In this document: one piece after another, positions 45,575-46,587 of the stretch
Layout of the letters: each line of letters starts with the position of its first letter
Numbering within the stretch: the stretch's first letter is position 1
Origin: a virus
Lineage: Duplodnaviria > Caudoviricetes
Virus record (IMG/VR): IMGVR_UViG_3300042363_001419
Span: 1 to 46,587 of that record
Length of the DNA: 46,587 nt
Strand: one strand, 5' to 3'
Position numbers and translations under genes: made by a program
The notes under the pieces: generated by a model
What the model was told of the DNA's origin: nothing
The model's database searches: none
The model's input: the letters and a program-made list of their open reading frames with translations, nothing else

Positions 45575-45766
45575 TTATTTATCCTGAGGTCGTGATCTAA
45601 AGATCCAGCCCTGATAGCGGCGGTCCCAGACCCGGCGGCCCCGGCATACTAGAACCCAGAGCCCGACTCTATACCATCGACGGAGCTGGACCCACCATGG
45701 GTCCCGTGCCATCTCGGCCGTTAACCTCTCTAGGGTCGGACTGCTATATTTTCGGGCCTTGGCCAT
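45575..45766 (-). CDS. Hypothetical basic Trp-rich protein
   Basis: 63-aa ORF, co-directional, locally GC-richer. Confidence 0.55.
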   Translation of the reverse strand: MAKARKYSSPTLERLTAEMARDPWWVQLRRWYRVGLWVLVCRGRRVWDRRYQGWIFRSRPQDK

Positions 45767-45768
45767 TG

Positions 45769-45846
45769 TTATCTTTTATTGCGCTTAAGTTCAGTATTGA
45801 TTGCCGCAAGGTATAGTACGACTAGGGTTAATAGGGTTGTTATCAT
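45769..45846 (-). CDS. Possible 25-aa single-TM peptide
   Basis: MITTLLTLVVLYLAAINTELKRNKR exactly fills the gap. Confidence 0.4.
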   Translation of the reverse strand: MITTLLTLVVLYLAAINTELKRNKR

Positions 45847-45851
45847 AGAGC

Positions 45852-46166
45852 TTAATGGCGAGGAACTACTATTTCTACTTTTTGTTTGCTGTGTCGAGTA
45901 TGCACGTATTTAATTAGCTCATCAGTTTTAACCTCAAAATTAACCTGGGTTATTGATAATTCCTGAATTATTTTGGCTCGGCACCCGTGACCTGGATTTA
46001 ATTCATATTCTGAATGGTCATAGTATGCGACCGGCTTTGACCTATAGTAAATGGTATCATTGGTTACTGTCCATTCAGTAAGGTCAGTTTTGGTGACCAG
46101 GTCCCGGTCGACTAGACAGCCAGTAAAGGCTATTACTAGGCCGGTTATGATTAATAGTTTTTTCAT
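45852..46166 (-). CDS. Putative lipoprotein
   Basis: MKKLLIITGLVIAFTG-C lipobox. Confidence 0.7.
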   Translation of the reverse strand: MKKLLIITGLVIAFTGCLVDRDLVTKTDLTEWTVTNDTIYYRSKPVAYYDHSEYELNPGHGCRAKIIQELSITQVNFEVKTDELIKYVHTRHSKQKVEIVVPRH

Positions 46167-46199
46167 AGTGTTATTAAATTGTGGGTAATTCTGTTTTTG

Positions 46200-46301
46200 T
46201 AGTCAGGACAGGACTCGAACCTGTACAAATCTTAAATGCTTAACTCATATACGATTTAGTTCCTGTGTTAAGGGCTGCGACTACCATTCCGCCACCTGAC
46301 T
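46200..46301 (-). tRNA. tRNA-like element with intact acceptor, D and T arms but non-canonical anticodon region
   Basis: AGTCAGG/CCTGACT acceptor + A; GCG-GAATGGTAGT-CGC D arm; ACAGG-TTCGAGT-CCTGT T arm; 51-nt central region without a 7-nt anticodon loop; no encoded CCA. Confidence 0.7.
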
Positions 46302-46503
46302 ATTTATTCCACCATTGCGCCTATTTTTCTTGCTTTGCGCCTATTTTTTCTACCATAAGCCTAAAATTAGATATTATTTTCCATTATTATAGTGGTTGGT
46401 CGGAATTTCCGCTTGACCACCTACTTGACTACTATTTGACCACCTATTTTGTTGTAATAATTTTTAGTCAATCTAAAGGCTTACATTTTTTTTGTTTGTC
46501 ATA

Positions 46504-46587
46504 TTATATCTTTCCAAATGTTTCGTTGTAGTATTTTTCTGCTGTTTCGTATGGCTTATCTCTAAAATGCCACGATTGATTATAGCA
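46504..46587 (-). CDS. 3' end of a small phage protein (…TAEKYYNETFGKI)
   Basis: Open frame from the window edge to TAA at 46504; AE.YYNETF ending typical of small phage ORFs. Confidence 0.6.
   Translation of the reverse strand, partial: CYNQSWHFRDKPYETAEKYYNETFGKI

Noticed and set aside
1017-46531. Many plus-strand and alternate-frame ORFs in the track (e.g. 1017, 4880, 6980, 10143, 11396, 23299, 33256, 33287, 34350, 38645, 45256, 46265)
   Set aside because: Shadows of well-supported minus-strand genes or of low-complexity repeats
1-46587. Stop-codon reassignment as in some jumbo phages
   Set aside because: Long genes are intact in code 11, and TAG/TGA end genes at sensible positions (e.g. 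15486, 22222, 23259)

Overview
AT-rich, gene-dense, almost entirely minus-strand segment that reads as part of a large T4-like (jumbo) phage genome, most likely infecting a Bacteroidota host. Evidence: T4-type topoisomerase II pair, GH19 endolysin, SmpB, Prs, 11 exact copies of a T4-late-like promoter ATAAATAAC, and a type IX secretion (T9SS) sorting domain. Left end: a free-standing homing endonuclease running into a tRNA-Ser 3' fragment, followed by SPFH, phosphoesterase and thioredoxin genes. The most striking region is a late-promoter-driven 7-gene envelope cluster (3512-11286). It encodes a cohesin-dockerin-cohesin protein with a T9SS signal, a C-type-lectin protein with a matching dockerin but no T9SS signal, two CsgG-like pore paralogs, a Gly/Ser-tethered beta-barrel and two small membrane proteins, and it lies close to the endolysin plus a DUF481-like barrel. 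The middle holds metabolism, replication, glycosylation and trans-translation genes, plus several proteins with a T4 capsid-targeting-like N-terminus. 26-44 kb is an array of six paralogous LamG/Gly-rich fibre-like proteins that share an N-terminal domain and show recent DNA exchange (exact 40-bp and 69-bp repeats). Right end: small genes and a tRNA-shaped element with a non-canonical anticodon arm. All calls come from reading motifs by eye; no searches were run.
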